Counted from the whole stretch's first letter, positions 51,574 to 63,989 are shown. The stretch is DNA of 63,989 nucleotides, filler included, from Dirinaria sp. TL-2023a (GCA_051941275.1; 3 parts of 3 records of this genome joined end to end with filler, not necessarily neighbours in it); one strand, 5' to 3'. Numbers and translations are program-made. The notes: generated by a model not told the origin, from the letters alone.

Positions 51574-54500
51574 ATGCAGTCTGTTCCTCAACCCACAAAC
51601 ACGACCAATGGGCTTGCTTTGGATGACGGGAAGTCCTCCCATGCCTCGCGTGCTACGACAGAGATGACAGAGACTTCGAACAAGGTCTTGGATATAATCT
51701 TCGAATACGCCCTCAATAAGTTCAATGACTATATCGAAAAATTCGCGGCGGGCAGGCCAAGGTTCTTGTCAGTCATCGACCGGTTTGTCACAGCGCAGAC
51801 ACGGGTGGAAATGTGCCTCCCAGCATTCCCGTTTAAGTCGGCAAACAAGGTTGAGAAGGTCTTTGGCATTCTACCCGATAAAGCCGAGGAATTGGCCCTC
51901 GAACGGTTGAATACCATGTGCATACGCATTGAAGATGTCTACCCACCTGGCGCCAAACTCACGATCATATCGGACGGCCTTGTTTACAATGGTTCGTCCA
52001 GCACCAATCAAGCCATCTCTCTGAGTATGAGCCGCTTGCTAATGTAGACTTTTGATGTTGACAGATCTATTGGGCATTCCAGATTGCGATACGTGGGCCT
52101 ACGGAGAGGCTCTACGCAAAATGGCTGTCCAGAAGGAGTTCACCCATATTGATTTTTCCAGGCTTAGAGACCTAGTCAGTTTCCCTCTGCCAGAGAGGCT
52201 AGAAGAGATAACATACGTCGCCAATGCCACTAATTTTCGCCGATTCCTCTTCAACAAATACGGCGATGATAATCTCGACATCGATCACGAAATCGCCACG
52301 AATCTCGATACACAGTTGACTTATCTAGGATATCGAAGATTCCTGGAGTCAGACTTGCGATATATTTTCCCACTCGGCGGAGATAGATCGAACAAACGCT
52401 ATAAGAATGACGTGAAGTACCTCGCCAAGCAGATGCTAATCAGAGGATATGTAAGTGTACTTCAATCGCTCCGTGATTACTCTAATGAACCTTCCCAAAC
52501 AGGCTTTCGCGGGGGCGGTCAAATTTTCCTTTCCGAAGCATCTACGTCTTTCCATCCATCAGTCTATGGGCGAGCACAAGGTATCCATGAGTCTGCTTAA
52601 CACCAAAACCGGATTTACGACCCCGTGGCATTGTAGCGTCGCTTTGATGGCAGATGGCGAGTGGATAAGCGGCACAATGGCTGGTTTTAAGAAAGACGCT
52701 ATGCTGGAAATCGTGTACGAGAATGGCCGGCCCAGCTATTTTCAGGAGAAGACGCGCGAGCTCCGTGAGTCTATTGACGGCAAGAAATCAGCAAGCAATC
52801 AAAAGCCTTCAAAAGCTATTAATGGGCTCTCTACCGGCTTCGCCTCCGGCGAGGATCCCTCTATCGAAAAGTCCGTGGAAAGGGCGGAAGAGAAGCTCCA
52901 AGACGAAAAGTCTACGCCAGCGAGTTCAATTTTAAATGATAAAAAAGAGATAAATATCACTGAGCTTGCAAGGACACTGTCATACCATGGAGTTAGGAAT
53001 GAGAAGGGAGAGCTCATCAACCCTTTCTTTGGAACTGAGCATTCTTTGCTGGACCCAAAGTCTAGCAAGTTCAGCTCAAAGGCATGGCTCGAAACACTTG
53101 TGAGCATTACGTCAAGGGATCCTGAACGATATCCCAAGAGAGTCGCTGGTGTAGCTTACAAAAACCTATCAGCTCATGGATTTGGGGAGCCGACGGACTA
53201 TCAGAAGACTTTTGGAAATTACCCCTTCAAAACACTCAACTTAGCCAAAAGGCTATTTGGGAAGGGAAGGAAGACCAGAATTCAGATATTGAAGGACTTC
53301 GATGGCTTAGTTAAAAGTGGAGAGATGCTTATGGTACTGGGAAGGCCAGGAAGGCAAGTGATGCTTTGGAGAAACAGCGAAAACATTGCTAACAAGCGCA
53401 GTGGCTGTTCGACACTCTTGAAGATCATCTCTGGAGAGACTGATGGTTTCCATGTCGCAGACCACTCTTATCTAAATTATCAAGGTATTCCGAAGGAGAC
53501 TATGCATAAGGATTTCAGAGGAGAGTGCATTTATCAGGCTGAGACCGATGTGCACTTTCCTCAGTTGACCGTGGGTCAGACTCTTGACTTCGCCGCTCGC
53601 GCTAGGGTATGTTGGATGAAGAATACTGGAGTGGATACTTAACGGACTGACTCTTGAAAGGCTCCCCGCAACCGCATGCCCGATGTCAGTCGAGATGTAG
53701 GTGCTCATAAACCATCTTCTCCATGGGAAACACTATGGAAATTGCCATTGTACTAAATCCTTCCCCAGATGTATGCGGAACATCTACGAGATGTCGTCAT
53801 GACAACTTTCGGTCTTAGCCATACGGGCAATACAATGGTCTGAGGCCTCCATGTATATTTTATTAGCTCCGACTGATATGCATATAAGGTTGGCAATGAC
53901 TTCGTCCGAGGAGTTTCCGGTGGCGAAAGAAAACGTGTCAGTATTGCAGAAGCGTATGTGAGCCCCCAGATTGGCATGTTCGTGGTCTTATTACTGATAT
54001 GTATTCTGCTTAGTGCTATTGCGGGCAGTCCCCTGCAGTGTTGGGATAATAGTACACGTGGACTTGACAGTGCCACTGCTCTTGAATTCGTGCGAACACT
54101 CAGGATCTCCACAGCACTGACTAAATCGACTGTGATCGTAACTCTCTATCAGGCTTCACAGTCTATCTATGATGTCAGTCTGACAAGTCGAACAATATTA
54201 CTGTACTAACGATCGAAGGTCTTTGATAAAGTTGCTGTACTGTACGAAGGTCAACAAATCTACTTTGGAGATATCCATGCAGCAAAACAATTCTTCATCG
54301 ACCTAGGCTTCGAATGCCCACCACGACAAACAACGGCCGACTTCCTCACATCCTTGACTAATCCAACAGAACGGAAAGTTCGCAAAGGCTTCGAAGGCAA
54401 GACTCCCTCTACACCAGGTGATTTTGCTTCTGTGTGGCGAAAAAGCGAGGATCGAGCACGTCTAGTCCAGGAGATTGAGGAGTTCGATGGCCAGTACCCC

Positions 54501-57500
54501 ATCGGCGGACCATCACTCGATCAGTTCAAGCACTCGCGAAAAGCTTTGCAAGCAAGATCACAGTGGGTTTCTGTTGATACCGTCGACCTGCGCCTATACT
54601 GACTCAAAGCAGGCGTATACAATCGCCGTACAATCTTTCGGTCCCAATGCAGGTTAGACTATGCGTCCGACGAGGATACCAGAGGCTGCGAGGAGATATG
54701 GCTTTGCTCATCATAAGCGTCATGTTCAACTCAGTAATGGCACTTGTTATTGGCAGCGTCTTCTACGATTTGCCGGACAACACTATTTCTCTTTACAGTC
54801 GTGGCGCTCTACTCTTCTTCGCGATCTTATTGGCAGCTTTCGCTAGTGCATTGGAGGTTCGTTCAAGATTAGAGCCCATAAAGCATCACTAACACAGTTA
54901 GATCTTAACTTTATACGCACAACGTCCGATCGTAGAGAAGCAGTCGAAGTATGCCTTTTACCATCCTTTTGCTGAAGCAATTGGCAAGTCGAGATTTCAC
55001 GATTTACTTGCTGTAGCTGACGTATCGAAGCATCGATGATCTGCGACTTGCCCAACAAGATCCTTACTGCTATTGGATTCAATCTTACTCTTTATTTCAT
55101 GACTAACCTACGGCGCACACCTGGTCATTTCTTTGTGTTCCTGCTCTTCTCATTCACATGTACACTCACGATGTCAATGTACTTCCGTTGTATTGCTGCA
55201 TTATCTCGGACGTTCCCACAGGTAAAGCCATCTTTCTACCTATTGTGCTTCCATGCTGACGACTCAGGCTATGGCACCAGCCTCTATCTTCAGTCTAGCT
55301 CTGGTTATTTACACAGGCTTTACAATCCCTACTAAGGACATGCACCCGTGGTTTCGATGGATTAATTACCTAAACCCTGTCGGCTATGCTTTCGAAGCAC
55401 TTATGATCAATGAAGTGCGAAAATCACATACGGATGTATTTGCCAAGTCTAACATAAGTCCAGTTTCACGACCGTACAATACCTTGTACCAAATATGTTC
55501 CACAAGGTAGGGGCTATGGCGACGTTTCTCAAAATGAGAAGATCTGTGCAGTCACCGGAGCTGCTGCTGGCGCAGACTTCGTTAATGGAGATACTTACCT
55601 GGCCGTCAATTTCGGTTATGTTGCTGATCATCTGTGGAGGTATATGTCCCCTTTTAAATGAATTAAAAAAACAATGGAAATTGGACTCTAAGAACGGACA
55701 GCTGTACTAATAGTTATCCTAGAAACCTTGGTATCATGATTGGTTTGATGACCTTCGGCTGCTTTGTCTATCTTATAGCAACAGAGTACATCTCAGCAAA
55801 GAAGTCCAAGGGCGAAGTCCTGCTATTCCGACGAGGTAGAGTACCACGTCTACAGCCAAAGCTTGACGAGGAAGCCAACGCCGATGACAGAGTCAACACA
55901 GAAACGCTAGCTCAAGAGAAGACGGCGCATGATGCCCCTGCCAGTATCCAGAAGCAGACTAAAGTTTTCCATTGGGATAGCGTCAATTACGATATCAAAA
56001 TCAAGGGCAAACCGCGAAGACTCTTGGATGATGTTGACGGCTGGATTATACCTGGAACACTGACAGCTTTGATAGTATGTTCTCCACAGGACAGTGGAAT
56101 ACAAGATTGCTAACAAGCATTTTTAGGGTATTACAGGAGCCGGCAAGACCACTTTACTTGATGTACTAGCCAATCGTCTAACGATGGGTGTCGTTAGCGG
56201 TGAAATTCTTGTCGATGGCCGAAGTCGAGATTCAGGTTTCCAACGCAAAACTGGATACGTTCAGCAGCAAGATTTGCATCTAGCTACATCTACCGTTCGA
56301 GAGGCCTTAAGCTTCAGCGCCATTCTACGACAGCCGGAAACTACTTCTCATGCTGAGAAGGTTGCATATGTTGATGAAGTCATTAAGGTTCTGGAGATGG
56401 AGGCATATGCTGATGCTGTGGTTGGGGTACCAGGAGAAGGTGCGCATCTAGACCAAGCTTACCCGCAGGGTATGGAATATTATATGCTAATGATTGCCAA
56501 GGTCTGAATGTTGAACAACGAAAGCGCCTGACTATTGGGGTTGAACTCGCTGCCAAACCTGCTTTATTACTCTTCCTTGACGAACCTACTTCGGGTTAGT
56601 AAGCATTCTATGTCCAAGCAGCTGATTTTTCTAGCATCAGATCATAGAGCAGGGGGACGCCTCACTAAGCCATGATACAGGTCTTGACAGTCAGACTGCT
56701 TGGTCCATCTGCGCCCTTCTCCGAAAGCTCGCCGACAACGGCCAAGCTATTCTCTGCACCATCCACCAGCCCTCAGCCATTCTGTTTCAACAATTCGATC
56801 GTTTGCTCTTCCTTGCTATGGGAGGCAAGACTCTCTACTTTGGTGAGATCGGTGATGATTCCAAGACTCTCACCAGCTACTTTGAACGTAATGGAGCTAG
56901 GCCGTGTGGTAAAGACGAAAACCCCGCCGAGTGGGTGCTTGAAATTACTGGCGCAGGTCCTGGCTCGGAGAGCACCCAGGACTGGCCAGCCGTCTGGAAG
57001 GATTCAAAAGAACATGAAGCTGTCAAAGCCGAACTTGCTCGTATGAAAGAAACGTTGTTTCAGCAGCCAGTATCCGTCAATGATTCAGACGCACTTCGGC
57101 CATTTGCGGTCCATTTTGGTTCGCAGCTCTGGGTTGTACTTATGCGAGTCTTCCAGCAATACTGGCGTACTCCCTCATACCTCTACTCCAAAGTCGCTCT
57201 CTGTCTCTTTAGTGTAAGTGCAAACCTATCTAAAAGTATTGCAGAACGTGTTTGACTCTAGCTCAGGCCATGTTCATCGGATTCTCCTTCTGGAAAACAC
57301 CCAACTCGCTTCAAGGACTACAAAACCAACTCTTCGCTGTCTTCATGCTTCTCACAATATTCTCCAACTTTTGCCAACAAATTATGCCTAACTTCGTGAC
57401 TCAACGCGCCCTCTACGAAGTCCGAGAACGTCCATCCAAAACCTATTCCTGGCAAGTGTTCATTCTGTCAAACATCATTATCGAGATCCTGTGGAACTCT

Positions 57501-58257
57501 GTCATGGCTGTGCTCGTTTTTGTAGGCTGGTACTATCCCATCGGCCTGCGCCAGAATGCCGTGGAGGCAGATCAGCTAGCCGAAAGAGGAGCGCTAATAT
57601 TCTTGTTTATTTTGACGTTCTTGATCTTCGCTGGGACGTTTACGAATATGGTGATTGCGGGGATTGAGACTGCTGAGGCGGCAGGAAATATTACGAACCT
57701 CTTATTCTCGCTTTCATTGATCTTCTGCGGGTATGCCACGTCATCCCCCATAACTCCTTTCAGCACCCTTTAATGTTTTCTGCTCCCCCCCGAGCACCAT
57801 TCTCCGAGGCGTCTATACTAACTCAGAAACCCCTAGCGTCCTAGCAACTCCCACCGCTCTCCCCGGCTTCTGGATATTCATGTACCGCATCTCCCCCTTC
57901 ACTTACCTAGTATCCGGCATGTTATCCGTGGGCCTCGCCAACGCGCACATCTCTTGCTCCAGTGAAGAGTTCTTGCATTTCTCACCCCCCTCGCCCTCAA
58001 ACTGCTCCACTTACCTCGCGCCCTACGTGGAAGTGCTTGGCGGCTACCTCTTACCTGAAAGCATGAACTCGACCACGGAGTGTGTATTCTGTAGCGGCAG
58101 CGAGACGAATATTTTTTTGAAGGGTGTTAGTGCGGATTATAGGGATCGATGGAGGAATTTTGGGATCTTTTTGGTTTATGTGATTTTCAATATCACGGCG
58201 GCTGTCGGGCTTTATTGGCTTGCGAGAGTGCCGAAGGGGAAGAGAGGGGGCCAGTGA
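51574..58257 (+). CDS. Apparent fusion protein: N-terminal isocyanide synthase (Dit1/PvcA family) plus full-length PDR/ABCG ABC exporter (NBD-TMD-NBD-TMD)
   Basis: ICS motifs [42 protein letters not shown] (exons 51574-51991, 52065-52450, 52503-). The same open frame continues into PDR N-terminus [13 protein letters not shown], Walker [37 protein letters not shown]2 [43 protein letters not shown] and MYRISPFTY, ending at stop 58257. Confidence 0.85.
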
Positions 58258-60251
58258 TGATACCTTCAGACGCAAAAATTCGGCCGGGCTGCAGTGGTCC
58301 TGCTACTGCGGGATATTATTACCACCATGGGCCAGGCGAACCTTGTCGAGTACAGCAGGAAGAGGCGAAGGAAGGCGACCCGGACATCTGATTTCTCACT
58401 CAACGCCAAGTCTTCATCGCGCAAGCACGTGACTTCTACACCCAATCAATCTACATACTATCCACAGACTGCCACACAAGTTTGGTTCGAGACATGTTTT
58501 TTTGCTTGACGGTGTATCATGTCATGTTTGTCGTCCATGATCTACTTACCGGTACGTATGCGGCGCAGGTAGTATAACGGAATTGCTGCACCAAAACAAC
58601 AGGTCACAGGAGACCACGAGGGTAAAGACAGGACTCCCACGTCTCCAAGGTTAAGCTCTTGATGATTCGAACGAATTAATATTACCTTCTAGAAGCACGC
58701 CATCCCATTTCGACGACTTTTGGCCACCGAATCCTGCTGCTGCTTTTTGTCATGGCAACTTATGCGCGACCAACCACATTCCTGCATAAAGTAGGAGCTA
58801 GCCGCAGTTTCTTTTTCGTCCACGAATTTGTCTTCCTACAAACGGGCATGGGCCACGGGAAGTCAAGCACCTTACGGTCGCCTTGCCATGTTTCGCGTGA
58901 TCTGAATCAATTTCCACTGGTTATTATTTAGTCTATCATCGATCATCGACATCCGCAAGATACTATTGGTCTAGGAGACCACCGCTCTGGACCAAAGAGA
59001 CCGTCGAGAGAAAGAATTCGTGCAGCAGAGCTGCAGCTACCTTTGACCCGATTCCTTGCACGAGCCAGTCAACCTCCGACCAATGCATTCCGAGTTCAGG
59101 GTATTCGGTATTGCGGACTTTCAAGCAGAGCACCTTCGAAGGAGAAATGTTGATCAGATACTGTCAGCTCTACTTCCAAGAGCTGCTCAGCCTCTCTCCT
59201 GGAAGTAGGACTACCATGCAGGGGAAACCCGACACGTGTATCCAATGAGCACCCTGCAGTCTTAATTTCCGGCGTAAATGCACAGAAATCTCGTGAAGCA
59301 GCTATCCAGTATCCACCCGATGTATGTGGTACCACGGTTGCACGCACCAAATACCGTCCTACGCAGTACAGCAAGAACGATCAAGACATTCTCAGCGTTT
59401 CAATCCAATATCAACGATCGTCTGCTTGCTCTATTATATGTTGCAATATCTTTTAATTCCTAAATCTAGTAAAACTCATCCAGACATTTGCGCGAAGCGA
59501 GAGGGATTGGGTGGTCCGGTTATGGGTTAAGTCGGGCGCCCAAAAGGTAACGCTACTATTCTGAAAAGAGCTAATCGAGACCCAGCAATTGCATCCTTGC
59601 TGCACGTCAAGTGCCATGGCGAGAATGAGGTTTTGTACGTGCTGCCGAAGAAATCCCTCGACCACTGACCAGCGTAGTAAGACACACTACACACCTTACA
59701 CGGGCCGTACCGATATCCCATACATAATCCTCAAGTACAGCCTTTCAGAGGCCGATTTCCTATTCTGTATCACAATGTGGCGTCACTCGGGATTTGCGCT
59801 GCCCTGTCCGTTGATGTAGACCGTTTCGATTAACCTTGCTATGTTCTGCAGTCATCGAACACCTTGCCTCTCCTCAGGCATGGCAAACTGCAGGGCCTTG
59901 TCTGCGCTTTTGGCAGGAGTGCAAGAGCTACCAGGACGCTGGTTTGACATTAGTAGATAGGCTTGCCCATTTTTAAACATTTTATCATTGCCTGGCGTTA
60001 TCCCTGTCATTGCATTATCTCCTTGTCAGACTGTGGGGATTTGCCCGCGGACTGTCTTCGATACTAGATAACCGAAGTGGAACCTGCCGGACTGTGTTAA
60101 TCAATAATGCTTGGATTAAAAACAATCCGCTAGTCCTCACAACATTTTACTGTGTTTCCTTGTTACCACGACTTCGACTTCAACTTCACCGAAAGAGAGA
60201 CATCAAAGTCCTCACTGCCCTGAAGGTTATCGTTCTGTCGAAGTCAGGATA

Positions 60252-61690
60252 ATGGAGAACGAGCTATCTGCCCTCCCCGCATGTAAGGAAAATCGAGGCA
60301 CAGTTCTTTTGTGGCTCGCTTGGACTCTGCAGATTCTTGCAATTATTGTGGTTTTTCTTCGAATCTGGTTGAGAAGGAAAATTAGGGATGGCATCAGCTG
60401 GGACGACTACTTCATTGTAGCCTCATTGGTAAGCCCATTCTGCGGTAGAGGAAGGCATGACACTCGTCCACTGGATAATTAACGATGAGTAGATAGATGC
60501 CATCATTGGAGTCGGGTTCATGACCAAAATGGTCAGAGCAGGTGCTGGCAAACACATCTACTGTCTGGCCCTGGGCCGGATCCCGGTAGCCATCCAGTGG
60601 AGCATCTATGCCCAGATTGTCAACAATATTGGGATTGGCTTGGTCAAAATCTCCGTCTGCCTATGCGTGCTAAGGGTCATTGACCGGGTCGGCAAATGGC
60701 TCTCTCGATTTCTCTGGGTTTTGATTGCTTTTGTCACAGCAAGCCATTTCGTGCAGGTCAAGCTCGCACCGGCTTCCGCTGCGGCTTTTGAATTAACGCT
60801 TCGCAGGTCATGCTGTTCCTGCTCCAGTGCAGACCTATGGCCGCAATATGGAACACCAGCATACACGGCCGATGCTTTTCCTCGCACGTAACCTACTTGG
60901 TAGGTTACATAGGGTTTGGTTCGTGATCCTGACGACACTGATCACCCTAGCTGCTGACGCCAAATCAAGGTCTTGACGCATTTACGGACCTTGTTTGCGC
61001 CGGCATACCGATTTTTGTCATCTATCGGCTCCAAATGAACACGCGTACAAAAGTTGCGCTTTGCTGCCTCATGGGGCTTGGTGTCTTGTATGATGGCCAT
61101 CGTTGCGGTTTTGATAATGGCGCATGTCAGGCTAACTTGGGTCCAGCATCGCGGGCTGTGCAATCGCTAAAGCGGCCACTTTAAAAGGAGTTTTCTCCAA
61201 GGATTACACGTGTAAGTCGCTTTGCTAAGGCTATTGCCTCCTTCATTAATATATGCTATCAGGGGGCATTACCAAGCCTGCAGTATGGACAATGTAAGCC
61301 CCTAGAACTGAACCATACCCATGTCCCTCATGACTGATAATCGACGCAAGCACCGAACACCTTCTCGGCATCACCATCGCATCATTACCAGCACTAAGGC
61401 CACTCTTCAAGTGGATCTTTGAGGTCGCAACGACTCAGCGCTCGGCGTCCAGCGGATTATCCTTTCGCAAAATGCACCGTTCCGAGCGGGGCGTCCACGT
61501 CCAGATCTCGTCCTTGGTTAACCGAGCGAGCAGCAGCGGCGGAAGAACGATTGCTGCGAACGACAAGGACATCACCAAAACCACCGAGCTACGGATCAGC
61601 ACAGAGACCGACCTGAATTATGTCCAAGAGCCGTCGTCCGCTTGGGCCACTCCTGATCGCGACCGACCGTTTGGGTATGAGCATGTCTAG
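60252..61690 (+). CDS. PTH11-like (fungal rhodopsin-domain) integral membrane protein without CFEM, multi-exon
   Basis: VVFLRIWLRR...ISWDDYFI; GAGKHIYCL; IGLVKISVCLCVLRV; LLQCRPMAAIWN; DAFTDLVCAGIP; EHLLGITIASLPALRPLF. Confidence 0.85.
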
Positions 61691-62655
61691 AAGATTGTGC
61701 TCGTTCTCCATTTGTCCGATTCCGTTCTTGTACAATCTAGGGCGTGCACTGCTCCGCGAAGCAGGCTTTGTGGAAATGATAACCAAATGCATGTATGATG
61801 AAAAAAAAGTTATGATCCACTTCACTGTGTATAATAAGGACACTTTGCGCAAAAAAATTCAATTTGGTGTCCATGGCCACTGCGCGAGCGTGTCCATGAG
61901 ATATCATTATCAGCACGCCTTATGCGCAGCAATGCCACATCCCAAGATCAATCTTGAGACCAGCACGATTGCATTTTCATGCAGGTACAATCGATCTACC
62001 TTACATATATGCAGAGATCATCTCGCACGGCTCTGCATCCGCACCTAAAAGTGGGTCCGCTGTATGTGCTCTGTACATCAAGTGGCCAACCGATGCATGC
62101 TGTATGCACCACGCTGAGACAGTTATGTACTCTGGCTCTCCAGCCCAAAACTGGGAACCTCACTCCCTTAAGGGGGAAAACGATCCTCGGAAAATGTCAT
62201 GTTAGCAAAAAACCCGGCTTCATTGATCTCGTCACAATTATCTAACTAAAATTGAAAATCGAAAGCTCGTATATTGAAGAAGCAAGGCTTAAAGGCCTTC
62301 TACAGGCTGCGCTCGTAAATCGTAGCTTCGCTCTTCTATTTCCCACGTATTCCACCCCATTCCTTTCCCTACCTACCTACATACAGAAGGGATCCCGCGT
62401 AATCAGTAAATTTGTAGACTGCATGCAATATCATATGCCCAATCCGCAGCGCCGATGTAAATCTCGCCGATAAAATAATAAAATGGCTGCCCAGCAGCAG
62501 CCTTTATATTTTTTCAATCAAACACAGAATCCCTCCGGTTCGTTAACTTTGTAGAGAAGTGAAATGCGCTCGCTTATGATTCTCGTAAAATGTTTGAATC
62601 TTTATAGAGCTGTGGACATCACTGAAGAAAAAGAGAGAAAAAAATTTGCGGGTGT

Positions 62656-62751
62656 TGGTCACTACGAGGGTCGAACTCGCGACTTTGGCGTATCATAGTT
62701 GTTTGGGGAGAACTATTAGCACCACACTCTAACCAACTGAGTTAAGCGACC
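62656..62751 (-). tRNA. tRNA-Ile (anticodon AAT) with a 22-nt intron
   Basis: Minus strand GGTCGCT TA ACTCAGTTGGTTAGAGT G TGGTG CT AAT A [GTTCTCCCCAAACAACTATGAT] A CGCCA AAGTC GCGAG TTCGACC CTCGT AGTGACC A; all stems pair; followed by a T7 Pol III terminator. Confidence 0.95.
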
Positions 62752-63489
62752 ATAGCTTTTTATTGGCCCCTGTTAAATATATATTCTATTTTATTTCAAG
62801 CTGATAAGGAGTCGAACCTTCAAACTCAGGTCTGGTCTGTAGCCCCGTTTTTTTTTCCTTTTTGTTTTTCTTTCTTGAGAAATTAAATCAACTACTCTAC
62901 AGTACCTACCCACCTACGTACCAATTACCCTAACTGTATCTTACATAAACAAACCCTACATTCTCAACACCGGTAGGTATCCCACCGTCTCCTCTTCAGA
63001 AGCGCAATTTTCTCTCTCTCCTTCAGTTCGTCCCTGGCTTAAGGTACCGCATGAAAAAACCGAGAATAAGGTAAAGCATGAACAACCGAGCAGTACGAAA
63101 AAAATAATGATTTTTCTTTTCTATCGAAAGATTTTGTGAGTGGGAGGTGGGTACCTACATGGGTTGGGTAGTTTGGGTAGGAAGAGCAGCAGTGGCAGGT
63201 TGTATTATCTGCGAGAGCTAAGGTATCAACTACGTAAAAAAAAAAAAAAAAAATCTTTCATCGATCGTCGAGGAGAAGTATCATACTGATTAGATTCCTC
63301 TCTCTTCCCCCCCCCTTTTTTCTTAATCACAATCAGAAAGGGAATCTTAATATATGAACTTCTACCTAGCAAGAAAAAAACTCCCAATTCAAATCCAAAT
63401 ACAGCCACTTTTGCGCCATCTCATTACCAGCTGGCTCCCATCCACTACCATCGAGCCACAATATCCTCATCCCTCTCCCCCATCACCAC

Positions 63490-63989
63490 CACCATCACCG
63501 CCTAATCCAACAAAAACTTCATCATCATCATCCTCCCCACCAAGTCTCCGCAAAACTTCGCAGACGGATTCAAGATTTTCGCCATTCCCAAATTCCGCTC
63601 CGAGCGCAAATTGTCTCGCCACCAACGCCTTCAGGGTTCCTTTATCCAATGCTTGAGTTCTTCCGGCAGGTCAATCGTCGCAACCCCCCCCTCCTCCTTC
63701 TCTGAGAAAAAGTGATACACGAACCACCCGCGCTACGTGTACGCTGCCGCGAGCACTTTCCTCCCTTCGTCCTCTTTTTTCTCTTTCTTCAGCTGCTACT
63801 AAGCTACCGCCCAGAAGCATAACCGCCCATCCTCAAATCCTTCCCGATCCCCGCCCGACAGCACGGCTTCAGAACCCCCAGGTCCTTCCGAGCCGAACTA
63901 GTAGTAGCTGGGAAGCCTGCGCCCGGTTGTTATATGCCGAGGCGTAGGGCGGGTGAGCCGTGATCAGGGATGTTAGTTTGCGCGATGGC
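63490..63989 (-). pseudogene. TTC36-like tetratricopeptide-repeat gene, apparently disrupted; 5' part outside the window
   Basis: LITAHPPYASAYNNRAQA; RKVLAAAYT*RG (TAG at 63733-63735); ARQFALGAEFGN; LNPSAKFCGDLV in a shifted frame (compare TTC36-type NPYAKLC). Confidence 0.6.

Noticed and set aside
62800..62825. Second tRNA suggested by AAGGTTCGACTCCTT (minus strand)
   Set aside because: Only a T-arm-like hairpin; no D-arm, anticodon arm or acceptor stem could be built.

Overview
Intron-containing filamentous ascomycete (Pezizomycotina) DNA; the orphan secreted proteins and the ICS arrangement suggest a lichen-forming Lecanoromycete, which is an inference. The window is three contigs joined by two artificial 100-nt N44-TTAATTAATTAA-N44 spacers (22955-23054, 46002-46101). 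Contig 1 is a dense housekeeping block (PEX3, ATG101, YOP1, RFX factor, AOS1, PBN1, Cut12-domain protein, CDC34-like E2) ending in an LTR. Contig 2 is gene-sparse accessory DNA: permease 3' end plus TauD dioxygenase, two orphan secreted proteins, a PsiD/PSD-like decarboxylase with one in-frame stop, a PAP2/IPC-synthase-like gene and a decayed NACHT (NLR-like) gene. Contig 3 holds the main finding, an isocyanide biosynthetic locus. There a Dit1/PvcA-type isocyanide synthase reads in frame, with no stop and no internal Met, into a full-length PDR/ABCG exporter (apparent ICS-ABC fusion, 51574-58257). It is divergently paired with a stand-alone adenylation-thiolation-transferase NRPS-like gene, resembling a split CrmA-type megasynthase. 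A PTH11-like membrane gene, an intron-containing tRNA-Ile(AAT) and a TTC36-like pseudogene follow. All family calls come from motif recognition by eye; no searches were run.
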